A DNA stretch of 64,000 nucleotides, taken from NCBI GenBank assembly GCA_951406725.2, contig OX597819.1, forward strand, positions 86,676,001-86,740,000, written 5' to 3'. The translations under genes and the position numbers were made by a program. How positions within the stretch are numbered: position 1 is the first letter of the stretch; each line of letters opens with the position of its first letter. Of the stretch, positions 12,910-24,755 are shown in pieces. The DNA is from Octopus vulgaris. Taxonomy: Eukaryota. The notes under the pieces were generated by a model that made no database searches, was not told where the DNA came from, and worked only from the letters and a program-made list of their open reading frames with translations.

Positions 12910-13152
12910 TGGAGGCGCGTGGCTTAATGATTCGGGCGTTGGATTCATGATCGTAAGATTGTGATTTTGATTCCTGGACCGGGCAACGCGTTTTGTTCTT
13001 GAGCAAAACACTTCATTTTACGTTACTCCAGTTCACTCAGCTGGCAATAATGAGTGATCCAGCGACGGACCGGCATCCGATCCAGGTGGGGAATATATAC
13101 ACCACTGAAACCAGGAAACCGGCCCTCATGTGCCTGGTATGGTTCGAGAAGG
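12910..13152 (+). mobile_element. SINE, family B-like head and body with a different tail
   Basis: GGAGGCGCGTGGCTTAATG..TTGATTCCTGGACCGGG..TTGTTCTTGAGCAAAACACTT..CACTCAGCTG, then GCGACGGACCGGCATCC..GAAACCGGCCC. Confidence 0.75.
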
Positions 13153-13194
<42 letters not shown>

Positions 13195-13839
13195 ATTGAG
13201 TTACAAACACAAATTAGGCAATCATACTCATACATTTATAAATTCGACTTAAAATGCGTATACATATTGATACATACGAATATTTAAAAACAATATTCAG
13301 AAAATTTGAGATACGTATGGAAGGAAGTGAGAGAAAAAGGGGATTGATAAAAAGAGGACTGAAAAAAGTTTTTGTACTGAAATTAAGAGCAGTTAAGAGT
13401 TTTGATTAAAAGATCCATAGTGTTTGATGTACTTTTTAAACATATAAATGGTGCATAATAAGGTGCATAATAGAGTTCGAGGAGGTTCACTTTCAACGGC
13501 CATTTCTAGAGTTCATGTCCTGGCAGAAAAATTAATAAATCTTACAAACCATGTGGACAACATCCCTTTCATCAAGAAAGGTATCCTCATAAAATTACAT
13601 TCTTGATACTTTTGATTCTTACAGAATGATGGATACATATATATAAAAAAAGAATTTTTTTCTTTACGAATGCAAATGAGTGGAGAGCATGGAATGGCGG
13701 GACAAGTACATTGAGACTTAATTCTGACTAAACACAGCACAATGGAATTTTCATTGTACTAAGAGCTAAAAGGTTTCAAGTTGCGAGCACTCTTCCAAAT
13801 CATCCAATGTTTGGTTCTATAATTTTTCAAAAAAGCGGA

Positions 13840-15570
13840 ATGAAATTTATGACTACATGAGGGAATCGCATTAGAGAATTTATTTAATGTATTTAAACTA
13901 AATGATCTAAGGATAATGTACGATTCCCTTATACATAACTTGCATCTGTTCAAAGTAGCACTATAAGGGGTGGAGGCCGCCATGATAATGAACCATTATG
14001 CTATCTCTTAGGCAGTGTATATATGAGGCGAAAGTTGTTGAGTTTATACTTAACTTTAATAAAGGAATTTAAATGGGCTCTATATCTCCCTTAAAATCAA
14101 CAGTGCTTCCTATATAAACCTTAGTTTTTTGGTCATCTTTTACTGTACACTTAAACACCACATTTTCCCGAAGATATGAACCAACAAGTGGACATGATTC
14201 AAGCACTGAACAGCTACATACTTTTTTCTAAATTTGTTCTACTATCATTCCTTTTTGTTTTATTGTTTTTTTTTTATTTGGTGGGATGCAAGATCGGTGA
14301 CAACCAAAGGTTGACTTAGATTAACATTATTAATTTCAGATTTACTTAGATTTATTATTCAAGATTAGTTCATGTTACCAGAGCCTGCATTAGGTACGTT
14401 ATTAGTGTTGCAGTCCTTATTCGATCGACGTTTTATTTTACTTCTATTTATGGAAGCTATAATAGATCTTAGATTAGGCATTGCAGAGTAGAAGAATTCT
14501 ATCGAAGATTTATTACAAATTTAGTAATAGATGTTGTGCTTTGGAAAATTAGCCTTCAAGATCTTGAAAAACAACTTAGGCCAGTTCTTAACTCCAAGAG
14601 AAAAATTAGGGGCAAACCAGATAACTTCACATTTACTAGAATTGGATTGTTTAGTCATGATAGACTTTTCAGAATCGGGATGTTTATACTTACAATATTT
14701 ACTATATTCATTACTAGATTGTATTCCACTAGGTATGATATAATTGCCACATGGCTTACTTATATCTATGTTTGTCAATACATGGTTTGCGCTAATAGTT
14801 TTAGAGAAGGCGTTAGGAGATATATTTGCTAATTTTCTTTTAAGTTTCGTGTTAAGTATGTAAGAAATTTTATCATTAAAACCATTTAACTTCAGGGCAT
14901 TATTGTAAACCGGGGCATGTTGATTAAAAATCTCCTCATTAGCTGATAAATTTGAGATTCTAATGGAAATAACTGTAGCGATGCTATTGATAGTTAATCT
15001 AGGATGGTTCGAAAACACGTTAATATATTGCAGATATTGATTACGCTTTCGAAATGGGTAGTATAATCCAGTATTAAGGTCCAATGTTACGTCTAGGAAG
15101 TCGACTACCTTAGAATTAGTATAAAAAATATTTTGGCTGAAAAAATCTAACAAAAATCTCCTAAGGACTTTCTTTAACTTTTCTACCACCGGTTTAGATA
15201 GGCCATGAGTAGTGCATCATCCTTATAAAGACCTCCAGACACATTTGGGAAGCTACTTTAAATTTGAAAGAGGAGTTATAGGCCCACCAAATCCGTCACC
15301 TGTGCTGAACCCGACGCCCCCTTAGTTATATCAAAGTAGTCTGTAGATTCAGAGCTAACCCAATTATGTTCATTAAAGTTAATAAGGGTCGTTTTGGCTG
15401 GCTGCCGAGATTATATTGATATCTGATCTAGGGCTATTAGTAAAATTACGAGCAAAATTCAAGGCTTTGTTTAAAAGAATAGGAGATATGGAGGCGTAAT
15501 AGTTCGAAATATTAAACTGAATAAAATGGATACGCTACTTATCTTCGAGGGGGTTGAACCAAGTGATTAC
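13840..15570 (-). mobile_element. Decayed Penelope-like element, Naiad/Chlamys-like (RT + GIY-YIG)
   Basis: rc peptides GLYKDDA, VDFLDVTLDLNTGLYYPFRK, YINVFSNHP, VIWFAPNFS, CSC...CPL..NVVFKCTV..KVYIGST and TPYSATLNRCKLCIRESYII..LNK, collinear with the PLE RT-linker-endonuclease order. Confidence 0.85.
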
Positions 15571-15716
15571 ATCAAATTTATAAATATATGAGTATGATTG
15601 CCTAATTTGAGTTTATATCTTAATTCTTGTCTTTCGTCTCGGGTTCGACCCGAGCACTTCTTTTTAGCACTTCTATATATTTCGTAAGAAAGAACAATAT
15701 TATATATATATATGCT

Positions 15717-16050
15717 GAGACCCCCTTCGGCCATGACTGACCATGAGATTGCACCTAGTAAGTTACCCTCCCAGGCACAAGTCCGGACCAGGTTGTTTTT
15801 ATGGAAGACCAGCAGTTGCTCATGCATACCAGCCTCCCCTCTCCACGCCACCGATGTTATCCAAGGGAAAGGCAAAGACCGATACAGCATGGCACCTGTG
15901 ACGTTGAAAACTCATTTCTATAGCTGAGTGAACTGGAACAACATGAAATAAAGTGTCTTGCTCAAGAACACAACACAGCCCAGTCCGGGATTCAAACTCA
16001 CAACCTCACGATCGTAAGCTCGACGCTCTAGCCACTGATCCATGCGCCTT
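15717..16050 (-). mobile_element. SINE family B
   Basis: Collinear with 3828-4160 along its whole length. Confidence 0.9.
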
Positions 16051-16076
16051 CACACACACACACATATATATATATG

Positions 16077-16480
16077 TACGAGGAGCAGGCAAAATTTATC
16101 CCCACTTTTACCATGACATATCTTTGTTGTCACACTGTCTTCTGTGCGTACGTGCTTATAGTTGGTACTAAAGTGGGTACTATTGTGATCACGTGATCGA
16201 AATTTGAGCCTGATCGCGCCATTTTCTTTTCTGGTTTTACAGTGTAAGCATTACCGGTCCACTAGCAATGTGCCCCAAAGAAGAACAAAGAGCAATGACT
16301 CGATTTCTCTGTTCCGAATGTGTGTTGGGTGCCGAAAATCATCCACGATGAGCTCAGCCACGCTTACACTGTAAAACCAGAAAGAAAAATGGTGCGATCA
16401 GGCTCAAACTTCGATCACGTGACCACATTAGTACCAACTATAAGCAAGCATGCGCAGAAGGCAGTGTGACAATAATAAAG
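16077..16480 (+). mobile_element. Fold-back derivative of a mariner 5' end
   Basis: Starts TACGAGG. Inverted arms 16121-16249 and 16362-16480 flank 16268-16351, which encodes MCPKEEQRAMTRFLCSECVLGAENH (mariner N-terminal EQRAVIRFL..EG..GAEIH-like). Confidence 0.7.
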
Positions 16481-16652
16481 CTTCTTTTTGTTTTTGACTA
16501 CCAAATCTATTCATAAGGCTTTGGTCGGCCAGAGACTATACTAGAAGATGCTAGTCCAAGTTTCCATGCAGTGGACTGAACCCAGGACCATGCGGTTGGG
16601 AAACAAGCTGCTTACCACACAGCCACGCTTATATATTTGTATGTGTTTGTGT

Positions 16653-16703
<51 letters not shown>

Positions 16704-16930
16704 TGTTTGTGTCTGTGCTTGTCCTCCATCACCGTTTGGCAACCGGTGTTGGTGTGTTTACGTCTCCGTAAGTTTGTGGTTTGGCAAAAGAGGCAGATAG
16801 AATAAGTACTGGGCATAAGAAATAAGTCCTGAGGTCGACTTGCTCGGCTAAAAGAACTTCATGCCGGTGCTCTAGCCTTGCCGCAGTCAAATGACTGAAA
16901 CTAGTAAAAAAAGGTAAAAGAATAAAAAAT
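16481..16930. mobile_element. SINE family A pieces: head half on minus (16481-16628), tail half on plus (16700-16930)
   Basis: Both halves match family A and meet at a (TG)n tract in opposite orientations. Confidence 0.75.
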
Positions 16931-17599
16931 TAAAAAAATACCCGTCAAGAGATGGGATGAGGGTCTCCTACATGTTACTCCATGATTACAGAAAACATTC
17001 ACTTACCTTCGCTACATTGTTTATTCGATCACCCCTCATCTATTTTGCATCGTGCTGACGTTGATGGTGGCAGCACTAAAGTTTTAAATCTAACATAAAA
17101 AAGAAAAGTCAATCCCGAAAGTGGACGAGTAGATTTGTTTAATTTTCATAAATAACTGGTGCGCGTAGTCAGCCTATATTTTGAATAAATCAATGTATGG
17201 AATCACATACATATATCTTGTAAACAAATATAATATCGCAGTGAAATTTATCCTTCGGGGGATTGGCTATTTTGGTTTTCAAAGATAAATCTTCATATGT
17301 TACTCACATTGATGTTCAAGCTGTTAACCACGGGACTAATATCTCTATAAGAATAAATAGACGCGTGCATACATGTATATATTTACATACACATATATGT
17401 ATGTATGTATGTATATAATTATGTGTGGCTGTTGTCAACCTTTTCCGTCTTGTAAGGGTAATATTACCCAATTTTTCTACTGTTTTAACGGTAATACTGC
17501 GTTCGAAATATCACCTTCTGATCTTTATCGTACGATACACATTCTGAAAACCAAATGTAAGTTTATTGATTTACACACGTGGTTGTTGCTATATATATA

Positions 17600-17755
17600 G
17601 GCATAGGAATGGGTGTGTGGTAAGTAGCTTGCTTACCAACGACATAGTTCTGGGTTCAGTCCCACTGCGTGGCACCTTGGACAAGTGGGTTTCTACTATA
17701 GCCTCGGGCCGACCAAGACCTTGTGAGTGGATTTGTTAGACGGAAACTGTGTCTT

Positions 17756-17812
<57 letters not shown>

Positions 17813-18005
17813 TTGTCCCCCTCCCAACTCGCTTGACTGATGCTGGTATGTTTACGTCCCCGTAACTTAGCGGTTCGACAAAAGAGACCGATAGAATAAG
17901 TACTAGGCTTACAAAGAATAATTACTGGAGTCGATTTGCTCGACTAAAGGTGGTGCTCCAGCATGGCCACAGTCAAATGAGCGAAACAAGAAAAGGAGTA
18001 AAAGA

Positions 18006-18006
<1 letters not shown>
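17600..18006 (+). mobile_element. SINE family A, full length
   Basis: Complete head, body, internal (TA)/(TG) array and tail ending AAAAGGAGTAAAAGAG. Confidence 0.9.
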
Positions 18007-18054
<48 letters not shown>

Positions 18055-18074
18055 TATATATATACACAGATATA

Positions 18075-18113
<39 letters not shown>

Positions 18114-18175
18114 CACAGAGAGAGAGAGAGAGAGAGAGAAAAGAAAGAAAGAAACAAACAAACAAACAAAGATAG

Positions 18176-18248
<73 letters not shown>

Positions 18249-18320
18249 CAGATGCGTACATATATGCACGCGTACACGCATATATACATACACAAATATA
18301 TACAGGCATATATGTATACA
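18007..18320. repeat. Compound microsatellite (TA)n-(GA)n-(AAAG)n-(AAAC)n-(GATA)n
   Basis: Directly visible. Confidence 0.95.
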
Positions 18321-18600
18321 TACAGACGTATTTAAATATGTAGCTATGAGATAATTCAAACGGTACTTGAAAGAGAAATTAAAACATGTGGTAATGCACT
18401 CTCTAGTAATGTTCTTTCGTAATATATATGACATAAGCATTGTGATTAAATCACTCTTAAAGATGAAATCCGGGAAATAGAAAAATATTGCAACATGGAA
18501 AAATTGCAGCACGGTCTTCTGTAGATTGTCTACCCAAACACCCAAACAGAAGACTACTAGTTTTAGACACAGAATTAAGGCACAAGTCCGTTAGTTGCAT

Positions 18601-18810
18601 TACATATTTTTCAGCACACAAATCAAACTTTTTAGATCAAAATTTTCAGCAAAAATTGGTAGATCGACTTATACACCCAGACTCCTTAGGAGGGCCAAAA
18701 ATTTCAAGTAAAATTCAGCAGGATTTGGAAAAATAGTAACTATCTTTAAATGTTTTCACTACCTGTTTACGCTATATACTATGTCGACTTGTATGCCGGA
18801 AAATACGGTA
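18601..18810. mobile_element. Tc2/pogo-type MITE remnant
   Basis: Right end GTCGACTTGTATGCCGGAAAATACGG-TA; degenerate left end TACATATTTTTCAGCACACAAATCAA; internal TCGACTTATAC repeat. Confidence 0.55.
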
Positions 18811-18997
18811 CATGCAACCTATAGCCAATAAGCACTTTGTCCTCAAGAGCTCTACTAAATTAACAAATGCAAAATTAAACAGTTTGAGAGCAGGCCTAGT
18901 GAGGATCACTAGAAATGTATCTTATATGTCAATCTGGTGAATAAAGAAAGAATGATTTCACCTTTCGCATACTATTCTCAGAATATAACCAATGAGA

Positions 18998-19212
18998 AAG
19001 GTGGTGAGCTGGCAGAAACGTTAGCCACCGGGCGAAATGCTTAGCGGTATTTCGTCTGTCTTTACGTTCTGAGTTCAAATACCACCCAGGTCGACTTTGC
19101 CTTTCCTCCTTTTGGGGTCGATGAATTAAATACCAGCTGCGTACTGGGGTCAATTTAATCGACTGGCCTCCTCCCTCAAAATTTTGGGCCTTGTGCCTAT
19201 AGTAGAAAAGAA
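18998..19212 (+). mobile_element. SINE family C, monomer with GGCCTTGTGCC tail
   Basis: GGTGGTGAGCTGGCAGAAACGTTAGC..GAGTTCAAAT..GCCTTTCCTCCTTTTGGGGTCGATGAATTAAATACCAG..GGGCCTTGTGCCTATAGTAGAAAAGAAT. Confidence 0.88.
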
Positions 19213-20650
19213 TACAACCAACAAGAACGGATAAGAGTGTGAAAAGAAGTTAGAAAACACTTAAAATTGCCAGCATGGTGCTAAAAGAGTGTGCCTCATG
19301 TACCTGGGCAAATTTTGGAACAGACTGGACAGAAAAATAAAAATGCTAGACAAGAAAATTTTATGATATGGCAAAAACAAATCCCAAGTATTACAAAAAT
19401 AAATATGATGTTTATCAATAGCACATCCAGAGGAGAACTAACTCGTAAATTGAGAAAGGCACTAATGACACGAATTTTAAATTAAAAAAGTAGAAAAACA
19501 CAGGCAGCTCCACTGACCTACTCATTACAATGCAAGTCATACCTATTTAAGGGAATACCACGGAATTACAACCGTGTTTCGTGGTCTGCTACCACAACAG
19601 CTCCTTTATAGGATCCAGTTAGCTCAAGACATTATCAGGAGGAACCACGTCCGGTTTCGGCCCCTACTCCTCTACCGTTTTGACGTGGCGTCCCCGCCCT
19701 TCGGAGGTGTCTTCAGCTCTGGTGTTGAGTACATGTCTTCTTTCTTCTTTCTTCTGTTCCCTGGCCTCTTCGATGTATCGTCAGCGAGTGTCAGCCGGTG
19801 ACTGACTGTCTTGTCAAATTTCACCCTTTAAAAACATGCCGAATAGGCTCTAGCAGGCAGCCTCAGCAAGTTGTCACGTGATACTGTCTCACCTTAACTG
19901 ACTAATGAAGGATCGTAGTTTTAGCTCGCGCTTTTTCTAAACGACCGTCACCTGTCAGTCAGCTTGTCTCACCTAATGATGTTATTTCCCATCGGCGTGT
20001 TTATGACTTTCAAGCCATTTTCGGTCTTCCCGCTTCAGCCATATATAGAAGCTGGCTTTTTCGACCGCCTCCTGTACTCGCCTTATTAGTTTACGCAGCT
20101 CGGGGCTAGAAAAAACAAATCTTCTTTTGAAAAGCGTTGTCATTTTCTTTTCAATGAAGCCTCTAGCCCCAACTGCCAGGTGATAATATTCGACATTCCA
20201 TCCCTGTTCTCTGCATTCTTCGATTAACTTTTCATACTTCTTCTCCTTACTAATAACAACTGCAGAGCGAGCACAACCAACCGAAAATTAAACTACAAAA
20301 ACAGAAAAGTTATGTAACCCGAGAGAGTTAATATAAGGACATCATCACAACCTACGTAGGAGAAACAACCCCCAGGTTACGTGAAACGACTGCTGATTAC
20401 TTGCGGGAATATAATGTAAAGAAATAAATGTTTGTATTCTATCAACATGCCATACAAAAACACAACGGTTCGATAAAAAAATTCTTTCCAGTCATCCAAA
20501 TGACCCACATCAAGATAAATTACAGAAGCTATACAAATACAGGAAGCAGACCTATACATTTAGAAAGAACGAGTGGTGTAACAATACACCTTAACTTCAA
20601 TACCCACCACCACACCACCACCAGATTAAAGCAATAGCAATATCGTGATA
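19213..20650 (+). mobile_element. Decayed PLE C-terminal region (linker + GIY-YIG), interrupted by a LINE
   Basis: MFINSTSRGELTRKLRK before the insertion; TYVGETT, YQHAIQKHNG, ITEAIQI and RKNEW after it. Confidence 0.65.
19560..20248 (-). mobile_element. 5'-truncated RLE-type LINE (HERO/NeSL-like): endonuclease C-terminus + 3' UTR
   Basis: rc 20248-19982 is an open frame, KEKKYEKLIEECREQGWNVEYYHLAVGARGF...AVEKASFYIWLKREDRKW..*, matching the K..KY..L..C...GW...VG.RGF RLE signature. It has no ATG, so the ORF track misses it. Confidence 0.8.
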
Positions 20651-21519
20651 AAATGTGTAAAAAATAATGAAGACCAAACAATACACACGCGCCTGCCTTC
20701 ATACACTTGTGTCTTCTTGTATTGGCAACGACAAAAGAAAGCAAATTAAACGAATAACGTCATCAGTATACATGTTTAGTTAAAAACCGAGCATTTGAAA
20801 AGACAACGGATAGATGTGGCGAAAAATAAGGGAAATATAACCAAAAATAACAACCGGTAAATTCGTTTATAGGCCTTCTTAGTTACGACACTTCCGAAAT
20901 ATAATGGAAATTTTGTTCTGAATTGTTTTGGATGCTTCATAATTATCAAATATTTATATGATGTCTTGATTTATACTCCTCAGTGGATTTATTGTGAATG
21001 ATTTTTGTTATATAATTTTCCCCGGCGTCAGACGATGTTGTAAAATTTTGAATTTCTGGTATTTAAATTTTTAACGGTGTTGTATAAAGTCACCCTTGGT
21101 TTTACTACGGAATCTTACATACCATTATATAATATATGTTGCGTGTTCACTATTGGAAAATAATACAAAAAAACGAACTTTAAAAATGCAGCGAGACTTT
21201 ATTCCCCCTTTAAATAGTACGGGGCGGGGGTCGAAATAAAGACATCACGAATTCTGGTAGTTATATAGTACATGGGACAAAATGAAGACATCACGAATTC
21301 TGGTCGTTTGGATAATTCAGCTCGGGCTGTCGTTGGTTAAATGTACTCCGTTATATTAATTTTGTTTTGGTGAAAAACGGAAGGAAAAATAACATGACTC
21401 GTCTTCATGAAAATCGCTCACCCCTCTGCTCATAAATGATTTGTTATATCAATTCATAGAAAGAAGGTAGGTTCCAGAACACATTCAGATTAGTTGCTTG
21501 AAAAGACATTATGCGCAAC

Positions 21520-21721
21520 GTGATTGGATCTTCGATCCAAATCCCGCGCAATATTCAGCCAATGTTCAAAACTTACACGATAGGTGAGATGACCAATCAT
21601 TTCAGATTAACGTGCTGAGCCTATAAAAGGCTGATCGTGTTCAATATACCGTAATAGAAATTGGTTTCGCTACCCGTTCAAACAGTTTTGAAGCTCCATT
21701 TTCCGAGGAAACAGGGTAATT
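21520..21721 (+). promoter_or_regulatory. Candidate Pol II core promoter and non-coding first exon
   Basis: ATTGG 21523, AGCCAATG 21557, GACCAATCA 21591, TATAAAAG 21622-21629, donor-like AGG|GTAATT at 21715/21716, all in unique sequence. Confidence 0.45.
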
Positions 21722-21869
21722 TTGCATACTTTATCATTAAAGGTGGTAGTTCGGTACTGCATACTATTACATCTTGAATAACTTAAACGATTCACATGAT
21801 ATTCTCAGTTCTTAAAATGACTCCTATTTAAACTTAAGGAAAATTTCACTAAAGAATATACATATACAC

Positions 21870-22101
21870 AGGCTCGGATAGGGTTGTATGGTCAAGAAAC
21901 GCATTTTGCAACCACGTGGTTTTGAGTTCAGACTCACGACGCAGCACGAGTCTACTAATGCCTTGTGAGTGAATTTGGCGTCTATCTACATACCACTTGA
22001 CAATCGCTATTGGTTCGTTTATGTTTCTGTAAGTTCGCGATTCAGCGGTGCTCCAGCATGGCCGCACTCAAATGACCTGAAAGAAATAAAAGAATAAAAG
22101 A

Positions 22102-22102
<1 letters not shown>
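21870..22102 (+). mobile_element. Deleted, old SINE family A copy
   Basis: Degenerate head plus tail GCGGTGCTCCAGCATGGCCGCA. Confidence 0.7.
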
Positions 22103-22138
<36 letters not shown>

Positions 22139-22140
<2 letters not shown>

Positions 22141-22470
22141 AAGGCGCATGGCTGAGTGGTTAGAGCGCCGAGCTTACGATCGTGAGGTTGTGAATTCAAA
22201 TCCCGGACTGGGCTGCATGTTGTGTTCTTGAGCAAGACACTTTATTTCACGTTGCTCCACTTCACTCAGCTGTAGAAATGATTTGCGACATCACAGGCTG
22301 TATCGGCCCCTTGCCTTTCCCTTGGATAACACTGGTGGCGTGGAGAGGGGAGGCCGGTATGCATGGGCGACTGCTGGTCTTCCATAAACAACCTTACCCG
22401 GACTTGTGCATTGGAAAGTAACTTTCTAGGTGCAATCTCCCCATGGTCTGTCATGACCGAAGGAGGTCTT
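22139..22470 (+). mobile_element. SINE family B, full length
   Basis: GAAGGCGCATGGCTGAGTGGTTAGAGCG..CTTACGATC..CATGACCGAAGGAGGTCTT. Confidence 0.9.
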
Positions 22471-22494
22471 AAAAATATATGTATATATGTGTGT

Positions 22495-22546
<52 letters not shown>

Positions 22547-22673
22547 GCGTGTGAAAAATAGTAGTTGAAAATACACTGAGAATAATCAAAATAATATTTA
22601 AAGCTTTAAGCGTTTCAACTTCTATTATTTGTGTATTTATATCAGTGTGAAAAAAACTTTTTCTTTATATATA

Positions 22674-22965
22674 TCTAATATGATAAATGCGAATGTCAGT
22701 GTGTCAATGTGTCACACTTTTCAACTTTACTCCTAGAGGCCGTAGGACAACATATTATACCATGAAATTAATTGCAAAATCCAGCGATTATTTCTAGTTA
22801 ATTTTTACTTGATTTTTTTTTTTTTGCGATGAATATGATCATTGGAATATGATTCGGGAGGAAGCAATTGCAACAAATTCTCCGAAACGAGTCAGACCTC
22901 TGTTTGTAGAGATCTGCCTATTCGGGGCCTGTAGTTTAAAAGCTAAATGCTAACTTTTAAGCTAG
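22674..22965 (+). mobile_element. Non-autonomous Helitron
   Basis: A|TCTAATATGATAAATGCG 5' end, subterminal hairpin TTAAAAG-N11-CTTTTAA, 3' CTAG|T; no TSD. Confidence 0.65.
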
Positions 22966-22973
22966 TATATATG

Positions 22974-23032
<59 letters not shown>

Positions 23033-23347
23033 CATATATATATATATATATGCACATACATACATATATACATATCCACCACAGCATTAGACTAACACAA
23101 ATACACACGCAAATATTAAAAATGATACACTCAAGAGATTCCCAAGAATTCATTAAAAAACAGTCTCAATCACTGCTATAATCCATAACGAGACAATTTT
23201 AGGTCATTTGAACATTTAACACCTTACTACTTTCTTATTACTACATTCCTTCTTATTCTCCCTTGTCTTTCTTCTTCTTCTTCTTCTTCTTCTTTGACTT
23301 CTTCCTCCTCCTTCCTAACTTTACCACTATTGCTGTTTACAATAAAT

Positions 23348-23584
23348 CTGCGACGATTTCATCTCAATCGAAGGAGAGGGGCTTTCTCCGTCCGGGTTGC
23401 TGATCCGTGGAATAAGCTGCCAGACGAGATGGTGAAGATGCCGACGACCGCTCGGTTCAAAGTCTCCCTTGACCTCAACTGGCCTGAACTCTTTACATGA
23501 ACACCACCCTGTACATAACTCCATGTCCCCCTACATGGCCTTGCTTTTTGCTTTTTGAGCCCCAAAATTAACTAACTAACTAAC
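23348..23584 (+). mobile_element. CR1-group LINE 3' end
   Basis: RRRGAFSVRVADPWNKLPDEMV..FKVSLD followed by a 3' UTR ending (AACT)n. Confidence 0.8.
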
Positions 23585-23711
23585 ACCTACGAAAATTTTA
23601 TAAACAAATTCAAAAGAGCTGTTTCAGGAATTAAATCACTACTACCATCCACAACGGGTCATTTTCGGGGCAGCTGACCATTCAACATACTACTGTCATG
23701 GCACTCTCACA

Positions 23712-23874
23712 TTCTTCTTCTTCTTCTTCTTCTTCTTCTTCTTCTTCTTCTTCTTCTTCTTCTTCTTCTTCTTCTTCTTCTTCTTCTTCTTCTTCTTCTT
23801 CTTCTTCTTCTTCTTCTTCTTCTTCTTCTTCTTCTTCTTCTTCTTCTTCTTCTTCTTCTTCTTCTTCTTCTTCT
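23712..23874. repeat. Long perfect (TTC)n tract
   Basis: About 54 uninterrupted units; source of the poly-E/K/S ORFs. Confidence 0.97.
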
Positions 23875-23912
23875 TTCCTACCAAGAAGACCTCGAACCCA
23901 CAAGAGTAAATA

Positions 23913-24235
23913 CTGCTACGTTCTGAGTTCAAATTCCATCGAGGTCGACTTTGCTTTTGATCCTTTCGGAGTCGATTAAATAAGTACCAGTTACGCACTG
24001 GGGTTGATATAATCGACTTAATCCGTTTGTCTGTCCTTGTTTGGGTAGTAAAGAAATAGGTATTTCGTTTGTCTTTACGTTCTGAGTTCAAATTCCGCCG
24101 AGGTCGACTTTGCCTTTCATCCTTTCGGGGTCGATAAATTAAGTACCAGTTACGTCTTGGCTCGACTTAATCCCTTTGTCTGTCCTTGTTTGTCCCCTCT
24201 ATGTTTAGCCCCTTGTGGGCAATAAAGAAATAAGA
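23913..24235 (+). mobile_element. SINE family C, tandem dimer
   Basis: Two units, each with GTTCTGAGTTCAAATTCC..GGTCGACTTTGC, joined by GGTAGTAAAGAAATAG|GTATTTCG. Confidence 0.88.
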
Positions 24236-24360
24236 GTAAATAAGAGAGACAGAGACAGGCAGAAACAAGGAAAATGCCACCTGTATTTGAACACTGCAAA
24301 TATTCTCTAAAAATAACTTTTCTTTTAATTTTTCCAGAATTTAATTGTCTTCCATACTTA

Positions 24361-24396
24361 CAGTTGAAGAAGTCTCAATGACTGAAACCGGTACCG
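24361..24396 (+). ncRNA. Near-canonical minimal hammerhead motif (C3>U)
   Basis: TTGAAGA-AGTC-TCAAT-GACT-GAAA-CCGG-TA: perfect stem II, palindromic CCGG loop III. Confidence 0.5.
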
Positions 24397-24590
24397 AAAT
24401 GTTTTTTATAAAATTATTTTAGCATTTTCTATCTTGACTTTTTCCCATATATATCAACTCGTGTGTTCCTTTTCAACCTTCTACACACATACATACATAC
24501 ATACATACATACATACATACATACATACATACATACATACATACATACATACATAATACATACATACATACATGCATACATACACACACA

Positions 24591-24647
<57 letters not shown>

Positions 24648-24755
24648 TTGAGTAATATTCCTTATAAAGGAATATTAAAGAGACACTCATTATCGCTATG
24701 CGCTCCGTGAGAGCAGTCATCTAAAAGTTTTTGTGAATCTTGATGTTGACATAAA

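Noticed and set aside
17007-17089. Minus-strand exon-like segment with AG and GTAAGT boundaries
   Set aside because: Stops in all three frames and no linked exons could be established; it might be non-coding but is unsupported without transcripts.
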